Source: Octopus bimaculoides (Eukaryota). From it: a stretch of 35,940 bases of DNA. Each line of letters starts with the position of its first letter. Within the stretch, counting starts at the first letter, position 1. The stretch spans positions 27,605,726-27,641,665 of the forward strand of contig NC_069001.1 of NCBI RefSeq assembly GCF_001194135.2. Direction: 5' to 3'. Below are positions 11,471 through 22,599 of the stretch, piece after piece. A program made the position numbers and the translations under genes. Under the pieces are notes generated by a model, which made no database searches, was not told where the DNA came from, and worked only from the letters and a program-made list of their open reading frames with translations.

Positions 11471-11795
11471 CTTTCTGTTCTGTCTTTTGAATCAACAGTA
11501 AAAATTGTCACAACCGACGAAAAGCCTTTTTAATAATGCTGAAGCAGCGTGCTACATATAGTCGTGCGAATTGCTAAAATAATAGCCGAATCTACATTAC
11601 TGCTGATTTTGGATTTACAAATTTTGAAGACTCATTACGCAATTGAAGGTATAGATGCAAAACAAGACTTATTTTTTCTTTTAGTTTGAATACCTTTGTT
11701 TGTAAATGTAATGGACCAAGGCTGTTCCGCGAAGTACAGCGACGAAAATAATATTCATTCCATATTCATCATCAATTCACATTTTTATAGAGTGT

Positions 11796-11859
11796 AGATG
11801 ACCTACAACTAAACACCACACATGTACAGATGACCTAGAACTAAACACCATACATGTAC
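11796..11859. repeat. 32-bp tandem duplication (2 copies)
   Basis: AGATGACCTACAACTAAACACCACACATGTAC / AGATGACCTAGAACTAAACACCATACATGTAC, 30/32 identical. Confidence 0.95.
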
Positions 11860-12074
11860 ATATCAAATTTCGGTTAAAAAAAATTAAACTGTGATATGAA
11901 GGAGATTCGGTTGTCTGCTGCATGCAACTTCAGAGTTACTTTCTTGTTAGTCAGGTGTGCTTTTTGTTTTACTTCTCGTCTTTCAAGTCTGTACCCCACC
12001 TCCCGGCAGTAAAGAATTGCTTGTTATCGTTTGGTTTGGTCTGTAGTTCCGACAGGCCATTATCATGCTATATT

Positions 12075-12190
12075 TGATTTCAATGTTTGGCACAGTTTCG
12101 AGGGTGGGGTATGTAAGTCGATTATATCGACCCCAGTATTCAAAAACATTTCGCTCGGGATATTGAGACTTCTGATAGCTCACTGCCTTG
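12075..12190 (-). mobile_element. Internally deleted SINE family A
   Basis: GTAAGTCGATTATATCGACCCCAGT joined directly to CATTTCGC...AGCTCACTGCC. Confidence 0.7.
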
Positions 12191-12283
12191 TCATCATGTT
12201 CAACTGATATCCCAATTCACATTGTAAGTAAACAAACACTACAACAGTATTTAATTTACAAACCCCACACAAAATTCATGTAG

Positions 12284-12400
12284 TCCATACAATAATATGG
12301 ATTATAATAATATCGGGACATGTGTGGAGCGGTTGATATATCAGCGCCATGAAGGTGAGAGCAACAATGTGCACAGCAGAATTTGGATTATTTTCGCAAG
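12284..12400 (+). CDS. Candidate exon ending in a perfect donor (AAG/GTGAGT); upstream boundary uncertain
   Basis: Donor at 12401-12406. The frame PYNNMDYNNIGTCVERLIYQRHEGESNNVHSRIWIIFA is open. The acceptor (CATGTAG, 12277-12283) is weak. Confidence 0.3.
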
Positions 12401-12414
12401 GTGAGTAGCGTAAT

Positions 12415-12473
12415 ATTTATTATTATTATCATTATTATTATTGTTATTATTTATATTATTATTATTATTATTT
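12415..12473. repeat. Imperfect (TTA)n microsatellite
   Basis: Direct reading. Confidence 0.9.
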
Positions 12474-13993
12474 TCACTTCAGCAGTGATTGTTTCTAATC
12501 TACACTTAAGGAACGCAGTAGTCCAGTATAATGAACTACGACTTGTATTTGATTTTATGAACCACTAGGAGGGGGGGGGGTGATTGCAAAACTGACTTCA
12601 ATTGGATTGAACTCCAAACGCTATAAACCGGAGCAAGTAATCCAAAGCATTGTAACAGACGCTCTAACGATTCTGTTAATCTCCATCCTTACATGTAATA
12701 CGATTTCCTTACGTAGAGGCAAGTGGGGAAATATGAGGTAATATGTATCGTCGACTAAATGGCAACCCATATTTGATTTGTGCATAATTCAACAGACTAA
12801 AATCTAACACAACAGGATTTGAACGTAGAACGCAATCTAAGTAACATGATGTTCATTATTATTGACTCTTCAATAATAATAAACATTAAAAGCTTCAATG
12901 TAACAACGACCAGCATACCACGACGTCTAATTAGTAGTTAAACCACTATGACAATAAAATAATTCCGCAAACATCTCACGCATACAGGAGAATTATTCTC
13001 ATGAAAACCATCAGTGGAAAAAAAATAATAATAAAATCTTTGTATCAATATTGAAACTTCAGAGAATACAGACTTTCAACGAGCATATTTTACGAGACAG
13101 CTTTCATTTCTGTTCTATATAATACACAGACATGTATTTTGTCTCCCCCATCAATATGTATAATGTTGATTTCTCCCAAAGAACATAAAACTATCTAAAC
13201 AATGACAAAACAAGTAAGTTCTTTGATGACATCATGTGGATTTTCAGGTCTATTAAACTTTTTTATCAACTAGACAAAAAACAAAAACAATATCATAAAT
13301 CGGGGTTCAATAAATCAATATTCATATCCTTTGAATAATTTATTTGCATATAACCTTCGTAATTAGATTTCCGTTAGCAGATATTACATGTTACACTTTT
13401 TCTATTCATTTTACTATAACCACAAATATCTCCACCTCTCTCTCTCACACACACACACGCACACTCACTCACTCACTCATTCTATGTCTCGAACATTCAC
13501 TCCGATATATTAGTGATTAGCAGAAACGTATTTTCTTTCTTTTGTTCGTTCGGTCATTCAATTATACCCGAAATTATGGTCCACATGCTTGAACGATATA
13601 TGTCTACGAATCGGTTTCAATTCGGTTTTAGATTTATAGAGAAAAAAAACAAAAAAAAAACACTGGTTAAGCTTTTAGCGTTATGTCTACAGTTCTATAC
13701 GTTCACATTTTCTAAGGCAATCAAAACTATTCTTAACGCTCGGATAATCCAATACTTGAAGAAGCAATTAGCTATAATAAAATGCAACATTGAGATAAAC
13801 AGCAAATATTATTTACAATTGATTTCTTCTTACTCAGGGACAAAGCATTAACGTTGGCCAAATCGAGGAAACGTTAGTTTATTGGCCGAAGGAATAAATT
13901 GGTCTTTGTATTATAATAATTGGGTAACATTGCAACGTTGAAGTCTAGATGAAGATACGATGCAGACAAATAATATATTTGTTAATTTTATAG

Positions 13994-14041
13994 TGAAAAA
14001 CTTGAACTTCTTAATAACAAATATGTAGATGGAGGAGACAG
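13994..14041 (+). CDS. Candidate 48-bp exon (phase 2-2), xEKLELLNNKYVDGGDR
   Basis: Acceptor GTTAATTTTATAG and donor CAG/GTACAT. A second good donor CCAG/GTGAGA lies at 14069. Confidence 0.2.
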
Positions 14042-14508
14042 GTACATCGAGTTATAGGTTATCTCCAGGTGAGATTTTATGATCAGACGCTTCACCTCTT
14101 ATCTTAGCATTTTTTGAGACAATATTGTATTACATTACTCATTACGAAAATTAAAGAGTGTGTAGTTGGGGCAATAAGGATATGATGGAGATACAGCTGC
14201 TATTTCACAATAGTCGAGCAACTAAATAGAAGCAAATATGAAACTCGGTATGTTTGAACGTTGAACTTAAAAAGTTGCGTTTGCTCGCGCGCGCGTGTAT
14301 TTTTACAAACGAAAATTTGTTATATTCAAATAATTTGTCTTTCGTACCACGCGTATTAGAACGCTGCTCTCGTTTTGCAAGCAAAGACGAAAAAAAAAAA
14401 CATTTTGTTCACGTGACTGTTTAAATCATAGGTTGAAGCTGGATAGGAGGACTTTGTGAATATAGACTGTGGTTATTTACTATGTCAGCTGTAAATAAAT
14501 AAATATAT

Positions 14509-14877
14509 TGTGGCACTAGTGGTTAGGGCAGCAGACTTGCAGTCATAGGATCGCAGTTTCGATTCCCAGACCGCGCTTTGTGAGTGTTTATTGAGCGAAG
14601 ACACCTAATGCTCCACAAGGCTCCGACAGGGGATGGTGGCGAACCCTGCTGTACTCTTTCACCACAACTTTCTCTCACTCTTGCTTCCTGTTTCTTTTGT
14701 GCCTGTATTTCAAACAGCCAGCCTTGTCACACTCTGTGTCACGCTGAATTTCCCCGAGAACTACGTTAAGGGTACACGCGTCTGTGGAGTGCTCAGCCAC
14801 TTGCACGTTAATTTCATGAACAGGCTGTTCCGTTGATCGAATCAACTGGAACCTCGACGTCGTAAGCGACGGAGTGC

Positions 14878-14889
<12 letters not shown>
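14509..14889 (+). mobile_element. Full-length tRNA-derived SINE (family D) with (CAA)n tail
   Basis: A box TGGCACTAGTGG (14511-14522), B box GTTTCGATTCC (14556-14566), about 300 bp of non-tRNA body, ends GGAGTGCCAACAACAAC. Probably one of the described octopus tRNA-derived SINEs; family name not verified. Confidence 0.9.

Positions 14890-14934
<45 letters not shown>
14889..14934. repeat. (TA)n microsatellite
   Basis: Direct reading. Confidence 0.97.
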
Positions 14935-14938
<4 letters not shown>

Positions 14939-15156
14939 TTAAACAGAATCAAATAGAAAGAAAAGAGAAGAATCCGAGAAGGACACGAGAAAGAGAAAAA
15001 TTAGGGGCTGGGAGTAAGTTGGAATTTGTTGAGAGGGAGGTGTGAGAGGGAGGTGTGAGATAATGTTTCTGTTCAATAGGGAAACATTATACTTGTAGGT
15101 AAATTGGTACTTTATCACTTAACTGTAAAATTATATAGGCGCATATTAGCGCGCGT

Positions 15157-15252
15157 GGAGGCGCAATACCCCAGTGGCTAGGGCAGCGGACTCACGGTCG
15201 GAGGATCGCGGTTTCGATTGCCAGACCGAGCGAAAACACCTAAGCTCCACGA
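15157..15252 (+). mobile_element. 3'-truncated SINE family D head
   Basis: CAGTGGCTAGGGCAGCGGACTC...GGATCGCGGTTTCGATTGCCAGACC aligns with 14517-14572. Confidence 0.85.
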
Positions 15253-15764
15253 AATGATGGTGTTCTGCCGAGTTTCATTCTACTTGTTAGAAAGATAACG
15301 CACACATCCAACATACCCAAAGGCGTGTTGCATGTGGCTTTGCTCTGTTGGAAACTGAACGCAACATGAAATAGTTTTACACCGAACTTCTTAACCGCAA
15401 GTATAGTCTTACTGAACATTTCAAGATTATATAGAACCTACGTCAGAAGGGTTTATGGATTTATTTATACAAGGAGTAATTACATTTTTGAATGATAATG
15501 CAGGGCTTCTCAGAATGGTGAGATAAATGGTTGCTGTAATTCACCAGCTTGATTGACGTGAGGAAATCATGAGTTTTAGTATTGAACAATAAATAAGGAT
15601 TGAACAAGCTGGTTTAGTTTTCATCACGTGTTAAGACACCTGGAATGAAACAATGAAGAATAGCGGATAAATAATTTAGCCTCAGGGTGGAGGTGATACG
15701 CAGCAAGCTGCTTCCGATTACCTTAATACATTATAGTAAGCATACATAGAAAATGATGCTCGTT

Positions 15765-15767
<3 letters not shown>

Positions 15768-15818
<51 letters not shown>

Positions 15819-15852
15819 TAACACACTCACACACACACACCAACACACATAT
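15768..15852. repeat. (TA)n-(CA)n compound microsatellite
   Basis: Direct reading. Confidence 0.95.
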
Positions 15853-16514
15853 ATGATTTGATATTTCTTTTATTTCATCCGATCCGCATTAGCAGCAGGA
15901 ATATTCAGATACGTGAACTACAGTGGTGTGTTTAATGGATTGTACATGAAAGCAAACAAAATGTTTTCATTTGGCCAAAATGGCACTATTGTGTTTATTA
16001 TATTTGTGTTCGCTGGATGGCAGAATCTTTAAAGAAACAAAGTAATTACCTACAATATGTATATTTCATTTACTAGATTCAGAATTTACGATCTTCATCG
16101 AATTTATCTTCATTTCATCTGTTTTTCCCAAAGATGTTTGATCCCTGTCTCAGTGTTAAAAATCCTTAATAGCTATATTTGGAATGGGGGCTTGGTATTC
16201 ATTAGTAGACAGTCAGGTAGAAATTCTTGCGTTATTTAATTTTCCCATCTGCAGACATTCTTCAAATCACGCAGCATAAAGTAGTTACACTTTCAGTCTT
16301 CTGGGCATATGTCCAAGTGTAGAAGTTTTGACCATATATTTGACTTTGTAATCGTTCACAAATCCCATCATTATAACAAGCGTTGTATAATTTACATTCC
16401 TATAATCTGGTAATTTGTATCTAAATCTTATACATAATTTCTCGATTTCATGCGTCGTCCATTTGTAATTTTAAATTAGATTCGCAGAACCTTCACTACA
16501 CAGAGAACATTTCA

Positions 16515-16690
16515 AATAATCCTTTCTACAAGGAGGGCACAAGGGCTGAAATTGTGGGGGAGGGGGCTAGTCCATTACATCGACCCCAGTGTGTAACTGG
16601 TACTTGTTTCATCAACCTCGAAAGGATGAAAGGCAAAGTCGACCTCTGAATAATTTACTCAGAACGACTTTGCCTTTCATCCTTTCGAGG
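16515..16690 (-). mobile_element. SINE family A ending in a perfect 26-bp fold-back next to an assembly gap
   Basis: Well-conserved family A sequence. 16616-16641 is the exact reverse complement of 16665-16690. Confidence 0.9.
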
Positions 16691-16754
16691 NNNNNNNNNN
16701 NNNNNNNNNNNNNNNNNNNNNNNNNNNNNNNNNNNNNNNNNNNNNNNNNNNNNN
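16691..16754. other. Assembly gap (64 N)
   Basis: N run. Confidence 1.
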
Positions 16755-16793
<39 letters not shown>

Positions 16794-17453
16794 GAGAGAG
16801 AGATAACGGCTACTCAGGCGTGACCGAGGAAAACAACTATTGCCCCTGCAAGTGCCCGTGCATGAGACTAATGCATCATGAATTGGATTCACCTGAGTTC
16901 CCATCCCCGGCTTCTATGCACGCTGCAACGCCCTCCCACTCGGCTAGGTATCGGATAGTCGCCTCGCCCGCGATTGCACAAGCTAAATCAACAAGGCGTG
17001 CACAGCAACTCGTAGACCTTCTCATAGATATAATCTACTGACTTCATAGACATAGTCTGCTGACAAACCAGGCCAAGCCATCCGCTGCAAATCCGGGTTG
17101 CGGGCTCAGAAAAGTGACAAGCGGAAAAATACTGAAAATGTTCAATGCGACACTGCATATCTGGTATTATTTCAGAGTGAAATAAGACACCAGGCTTATT
17201 AAAATTAAGTATTTGTAACATCAGCACGTGAAGAAATGCTAATGTTCTGTATTTTGTAGACGCGAGATTTGACTGGTATGCAGGGACCCGTGCTTCCTAC
17301 TCATTAATTTCAATAGAACGAATTCTGTGACAGACAAATTTCGTCTGCCACAATCTGTCTCTCCTTTTGTGTACCAAGCGGCCATATGAGAGGATGTCAA
17401 GATTGACATATTATTCACTATTCTGACAGGGCATCTATTTTAATTATATATAT

Positions 17454-17554
17454 NNNNNNNNNNNNNNNNNNNNNNNNNNNNNNNNNNNNNNNNNNNNNNN
17501 NNNNNNNNNNNNNNNNNNNNNNNNNNNNNNNNNNNNNNNNNNNNNNNNNNNNNN
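17454..17554. other. Assembly gap (101 N) inside a (TA)n tract
   Basis: N run flanked by TATA repeats. Confidence 1.
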
Positions 17555-17690
17555 TATATATAATAGAAAACCAATAGGAGAATGGAGATTTAGTCACATC
17601 CAGACGTAACTGCTATTCTGTGTCTTTTAATACTTGATATTTCGGCTTCTACTATCCTAACTTTGTACCCTAAAGCATTAACGTACTCAC

Positions 17691-17715
17691 TTCTGTCATC
17701 TGGTTCTTAGTGTCA
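17691..17715 (-). CDS. Candidate 25-nt mini-exon, xDTKNQMTE (phase 2 to phase 0)
   Basis: Strong acceptor TCTCCCTCTCTTCATTTCGCCATAG and strong donor GAA/GTGAGT. Only one of three frames is open. Confidence 0.45.
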
Positions 17716-18489
17716 CTATGGCGAAATGAAGAGAGGGAGACACACACACACACACACACAGATACTGAGAGATATATGCATGCATATATATATGCGTCAC
17801 TTTACAGTATTAGTAAGGAGATATTTCTCAAATCAACATTGTATATGACCTACATAACGTATTCGAATGATTCTGATGTGAACTACCCAATGACCCAATA
17901 GCCACTGCTTCGGTCCTAGTGAGTGAAATCTTACACAAACATGATCACTATATGCGCGTCTCGAAATTGTTTGAGAGCAATCAGAGACAATAGATGTTCA
18001 AAAGTAAAATGCCTATACAAATCGGGTGTATAGTACTTATAGTGAAGCGTTTTACATTTTGGCAAGCTCGTTTCAACTGAGTTTTAGATGAAGTGTGCAT
18101 ATAAATGCGGGAATACTAACTCATTACGACGCTGATACGAACAAGCTGTTCTTCAGCTGATAACACATAGTGGCAAGTTCTATATGATGCATACGATATA
18201 TTTTGTCAACGCTGTATCCAAAGGCTTAATGAAATATCTACGTGCACACGTACACTCAGAAAAAGTCACACACAAACACACACACACACCTACACACTCC
18301 ACATATCAATAGGAAAGTACACTTATACATACACACATCAAGTGAGAAACAGGCTTATTCACGCAAACATACACATATATGACATATGAAAAGAATTATA
18401 TTGGTTTGTCTGCGAAGGTATATACGTACTACGACATTTGAAGAAGTTAAAATTTCGACCAAAGCAAATACAGGAAATCTTGCAACTTT

Positions 18490-18620
18490 TTTTTTTGACA
18501 AAAATGTCACGACAATTAACTATCGATTTTTCAAATCTCAGAAAACGAAAATGTTCTCATTTATCATAGCCCCCATAGATTCGTTCGTGCCGTCTATTTG
18601 ATTACTGTATGGAATCATAG
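18490..18620 (+). repeat. Unclassified dispersed repeat, copy 1 (copy 2 at about 22360-22485)
   Basis: Both copies share AAAATGTCA.GACAATTAACTATCGATTT.TCAAAT.TCAGAAAAC. Confidence 0.8.
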
Positions 18621-18705
18621 TCACTGTTAGGAATAATAAATATTAAAGGAGGAGCGCCTATATGAAGGAAACAACTGATTCATCTCCACACGTTATGACG
18701 ATGAA

Positions 18706-18966
18706 ATATATGTGTGTGTGTGTGTGTGTGTGCGTGTGTGTGTGTGTGTGTGTACATATATCATATGTGCGTGTGTGGTTTCTGTCTGTTTGTCCCCCCA
18801 CTTGACAACCGATGTTGGTGTATTTACGTCCCCGTAACATAGTAGTTCAGCTACGCTTAAAAAAGCAAGTCCTGTGGCTGATTTGTTCGACTAAAGCCTT
18901 GAAGGCTGTGCTCCCGCATAACTGCAATAAAATGACTGACACAGGTAAAACAAAAGAATAAAAGAG
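18706..18966 (+). mobile_element. SINE family B 3' half preceded by (TG)n
   Basis: CTTGACAACCGATG...TTTACGTCCCCGTAAC...GATTTGTTCGACTAAAG...AAAAGAATAAAAGAG is the reverse complement of 28090-28300. Confidence 0.85.
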
Positions 18967-18968
18967 TG

Positions 18969-18999
<31 letters not shown>

Positions 19000-19148
19000 T
19001 TCTCTCAGTTTGTGTCTACGAAATCCACTCACAAGGCTTTCGTCGGTCCGAGGTCATAGTAAAAGGCACTCGTCTAAAATGCTACGCAATTGGACTGGGC
19101 CCTGAATTATGTGCGAAGCAGGCTTCTTCCCATGCAGCCACGCCTGCA
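19000..19148 (-). mobile_element. SINE family B 5' half
   Basis: CTACGAAATCCACTCACAAGGCTTT...GCAGCCACGCCTGC aligns on the same strand with 28326-28473. Confidence 0.85.
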
Positions 19149-20635
19149 CACACATATATATGTGAGTGTGTGTGTGTATCATAACTATTGCTTAAGAATG
19201 AAGGCACATCAATATGTATGGCGCCATAAAATGGCTAGATACAAACAGATAGAGATGACGGTGAAGTAAAACAACATTGCAGACCTCAAGTACGGATAGC
19301 ATATCGTACAACTCCGACTTGTTAAGATTGATCCCAGTCGCATGTGCATACTTTGTGGGGCGTAGGTATAAAAGTAGTAAACGGCATTTAAAAACGAATG
19401 CATATGCACAATTGTTGCTCGTAAAAATTGCGTTACATTACATGATCCACCATTATCTGGTAAAAGTTTAAAATATCAGGTATCTATATAGTCGTCTTCG
19501 AAATAGCCAAGATTCCTTGAATGGCATTTGCTCAATGGTTCTACCAATGTTAGCTGCTTCATATTTTTCCTTATGATGGTGGATTCTATATGATTATGTA
19601 ATATTTTTACGTGGATATAAATTTATACGTAAATTTCTACAGAAACAGCTATATTAATTTTTAAGCACAATTCGCGTTTACTATGCTACAAACATCCACA
19701 GACAGACAGAGATACACACACTCACACACATATAAATAAATAAAAAATTATATATATTGTATAAGATATGCTAAACGTTTCTAATACAATGATAGCCATT
19801 CTATATTGTTCGTGTTACCGAATCATTCCTTTAACTAAATCATTTAATTGTAATTTAATGATGCCAGCTCACGTTTTAGTGGAATCAGTATAACTGGGAC
19901 CACATGTCAAGCATACTTTACATAATTCAGGCTTACTTTTCCTCAGGAAGCCACACTCTATTTAACACTAGTAAAAATCATATCAAATAGAAATACCCCG
20001 TTATCTTCAAACGATATATGAACAAATTTCTCAACGGCCTCCAAAGCATAAGTATCCAAGAAATTACAATCGGTGGAATTACGTAGTCAGAAATAGCGGC
20101 TAAGACATTCGCCGGTAACTAATTCTAGCCCTTTTACGAGATGTGGCAAGACGGCGAATCCTGCTGCGAAGTATGGCCTTGCAACAACAATCCTGTCCTA
20201 CGAGACTTTCAACAATCTTCATTAACTTTTCATAGCCGTCCGAATTGAGCCAAAGGCATTGGTCAAAGGCGTTGGGCGTCATGACTTCACCCTCACTGGA
20301 GACACATTTTAACATCATTAACTTCCTGTTGGCCAGTGTTTTATAGTCTTCATTATACATGATAAATCGTAGTGCATTTACAGCATTAATCAGTTGTCAT
20401 GATGTCAGCATTTTGATAATAGTTCCGATACATCATGTTACAGGCCAACTTTTTATTTTTTAATATTCAGACGGTTTCCAATCGTCCATGTCAGTTTTTC
20501 TCAACTACCACATTTATTTTTATATTCTCCAGCGACGTTGACTGTTGTTCATCAATACTTCAAGATATCTCTGAAAATAGGAGACATAAATGTGTAAAAC
20601 AGTGATTCGTTAACAAATATTTTGAAATCAAATAC

Positions 20636-20716
20636 TGCCAGAAGGGAATCATGAGATCCTTTTGATTGACTGATAAACGGTCCTGCAGATCTTCCAGCAT
20701 ATCTGCACTCCTATGA
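20636..20716 (-). CDS. Candidate 81-bp exon (phase 2-2), xHRSADMLEDLQDRLSVNQKDLMIPFW
   Basis: Acceptor ATTATTTTGATTGTTCAG, moderate donor CA/GTATTT, locally higher GC, open frame. No family recognised. Confidence 0.3.
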
Positions 20717-21226
20717 CTGAACAATCAAAATAATTTATACAACAGCCTCAAAGGGCCCCATAGAAAAATAATTAATTATAACATTCACACAATTTATCTT
20801 AAATAATAATTATAGCCAATTCCAGCATCGATCAATAATGTAGAAATTGATATGAGATTTAGCACAGGTAAATATTATCTCGTTCGCCAGACAAATGAAG
20901 AAACATTAATATTGAGGCTGCAACTCCCACCATCAATTATCAAACTAATTAGAAATAACATTATTAAACGTTTCTTCCCTCCTATTCGCAAATGAAAGAC
21001 AATTCAATATAGCTAACCCGTACAAGCCACTCCTGACATTAGCTACTTAAGAGGTTATAAAACATTTTGCCAGCTTAAATCCCTAAAAGTCAAGTGTGGA
21101 AAATCTTATGTTACAACCAACCATATAGTATGAAGCGGGCACTAAATATACTTAACCGCTTCCTCAGACTCATCGACACATACATTCGACACTGATAGAT
21201 TTATTAATGTCTTAATTTGTTTATAG

Positions 21227-21400
21227 GGCAGCGAACTAGCAGAATCATTAGCATGTCTTGCAAAGGCTTAGTAGCATTTCGTCCACGTGGATGTTCTGAG
21301 TTCAAATTTCGCCGATATCAACTTTCCTTTCATCCCTTTCGGGGGCAATGAAATAAAGATGTACCAGTTGAGTATTAAATCGATAAAATAGTACCTGTTG
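21227..21400 (+). mobile_element. SINE family A
   Basis: GGCAGCGAACTAGCAGAATCATTAGC head, GTTCTGAGTTCAAATT B box, CCTTTCATCCCTTTCGGG core. Confidence 0.85.
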
Positions 21401-21724
21401 AGGAGTGGGAAAATGAAATTGATTCAACCACGAAATTTTTTCGATTTTAGAAAAATCAAAGAATGTCTTTCACATTTCCGGACTGAAATGAACTTATTTT
21501 GTTCATGACGTGTGGCTCCTCCACTCTATTTATGTATTTCTCCAGATTAATCACATTCCAATATGCATGTACAAATCCTCTTGGAAATAATATACAGTTA
21601 ATTCAAGCCATTAATTTTGATCTAATTTATTACATATCATTTAGCCCATAACTCTACGAAAACGTATTGTTAGCAAAATACTATTCATTACCTATATGCA
21701 GTAATTTAAAAGTGTATCTACCTG

Positions 21725-21845
21725 TGTGTATATGTATGTATATCTACACATACACACACTCTCACATATATACATACACATACACACACTCATACACATA
21801 TATACATATATACATAGACGCATACACACACACACATACAATATA
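21725..21845. repeat. Degenerate (TA/CA)n microsatellite
   Basis: Direct reading. Confidence 0.9.
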
Positions 21846-22057
21846 TAATGTGTACCACTTTTGTACTATGATGTTCATGTGCATAAAATTCTTCTGTGAA
21901 ATATTCTTTAGCTCAGTGAAAATGTAGAAAGAACGAAAGTTGGATATATCTAAAATATTCAATAAAAGTTTATATCCAAGATTGTATATGTGTGTACATA
22001 CCCAGTGTAGGAAATTGAGTCTTTCTCTGTTTGTGTTTATGTGCGAATATGCATTTG

Positions 22058-22097
22058 TCTGCCTGCCTGCCTGTCTGTCTGTCTATATGTCTGTCTG

Positions 22098-22173
<76 letters not shown>
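22058..22173. repeat. (CTGC)n-(TCTG)n-(TCTA)n compound microsatellite
   Basis: Direct reading. It explains the IYLS-repeat ORFs. Confidence 0.97.
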
Positions 22174-22174
<1 letters not shown>

Positions 22175-22359
22175 GTGTGTGTGTATACATATAATGATAT
22201 ATATATATGTATATAACACACATTTACGCTCACACACACGTACACAGACACGCATCTTTTATATGTTAAATATGAGTGTGTACATTTGTTCTTTGATTTG
22301 TTTGATGTGTTAAATATTCTATTAAAAAAATATTACATAATGCAGAAGTTTAATTTTTT

Positions 22360-22485
22360 ATGAAAATGTCAAGACAATTAACTATCGATTTCTCAAATTT
22401 CAGAAAACCAAATGATCTCATTTCCACTGTCACTTTTATATTCGCACATGCCTCTTCATTATTTTATGATATAATCATCTCCGTT
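22360..22485 (+). repeat. Unclassified dispersed repeat, copy 2
   Basis: See 18490-18620. Confidence 0.8.
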
Positions 22486-22599
22486 TGCTGTGTTCTTTGA
22501 ACTATCTGCACGTGAAGACTGCAGTGCCATATACATGGTACTACCCAAAATATTTTCATTCCCAGCATCACTATCATCAAATTTATCTTTATATTAAAT

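Noticed and set aside
53-11859. Regularly spaced repeats (53-304, 4511-4612, 10841-11245, 11796-11859) as CRISPR-like arrays
   Set aside because: There are no unique spacers between identical repeats, no cas genes, and the context is eukaryotic.
14509-14575. tRNA-like sequence (also 15157-15230 and the family A and B heads) as tRNA genes
   Set aside because: The cloverleaf is decayed, there is no Pol III terminator after the tRNA-like part, and the sequence continues into SINE bodies.
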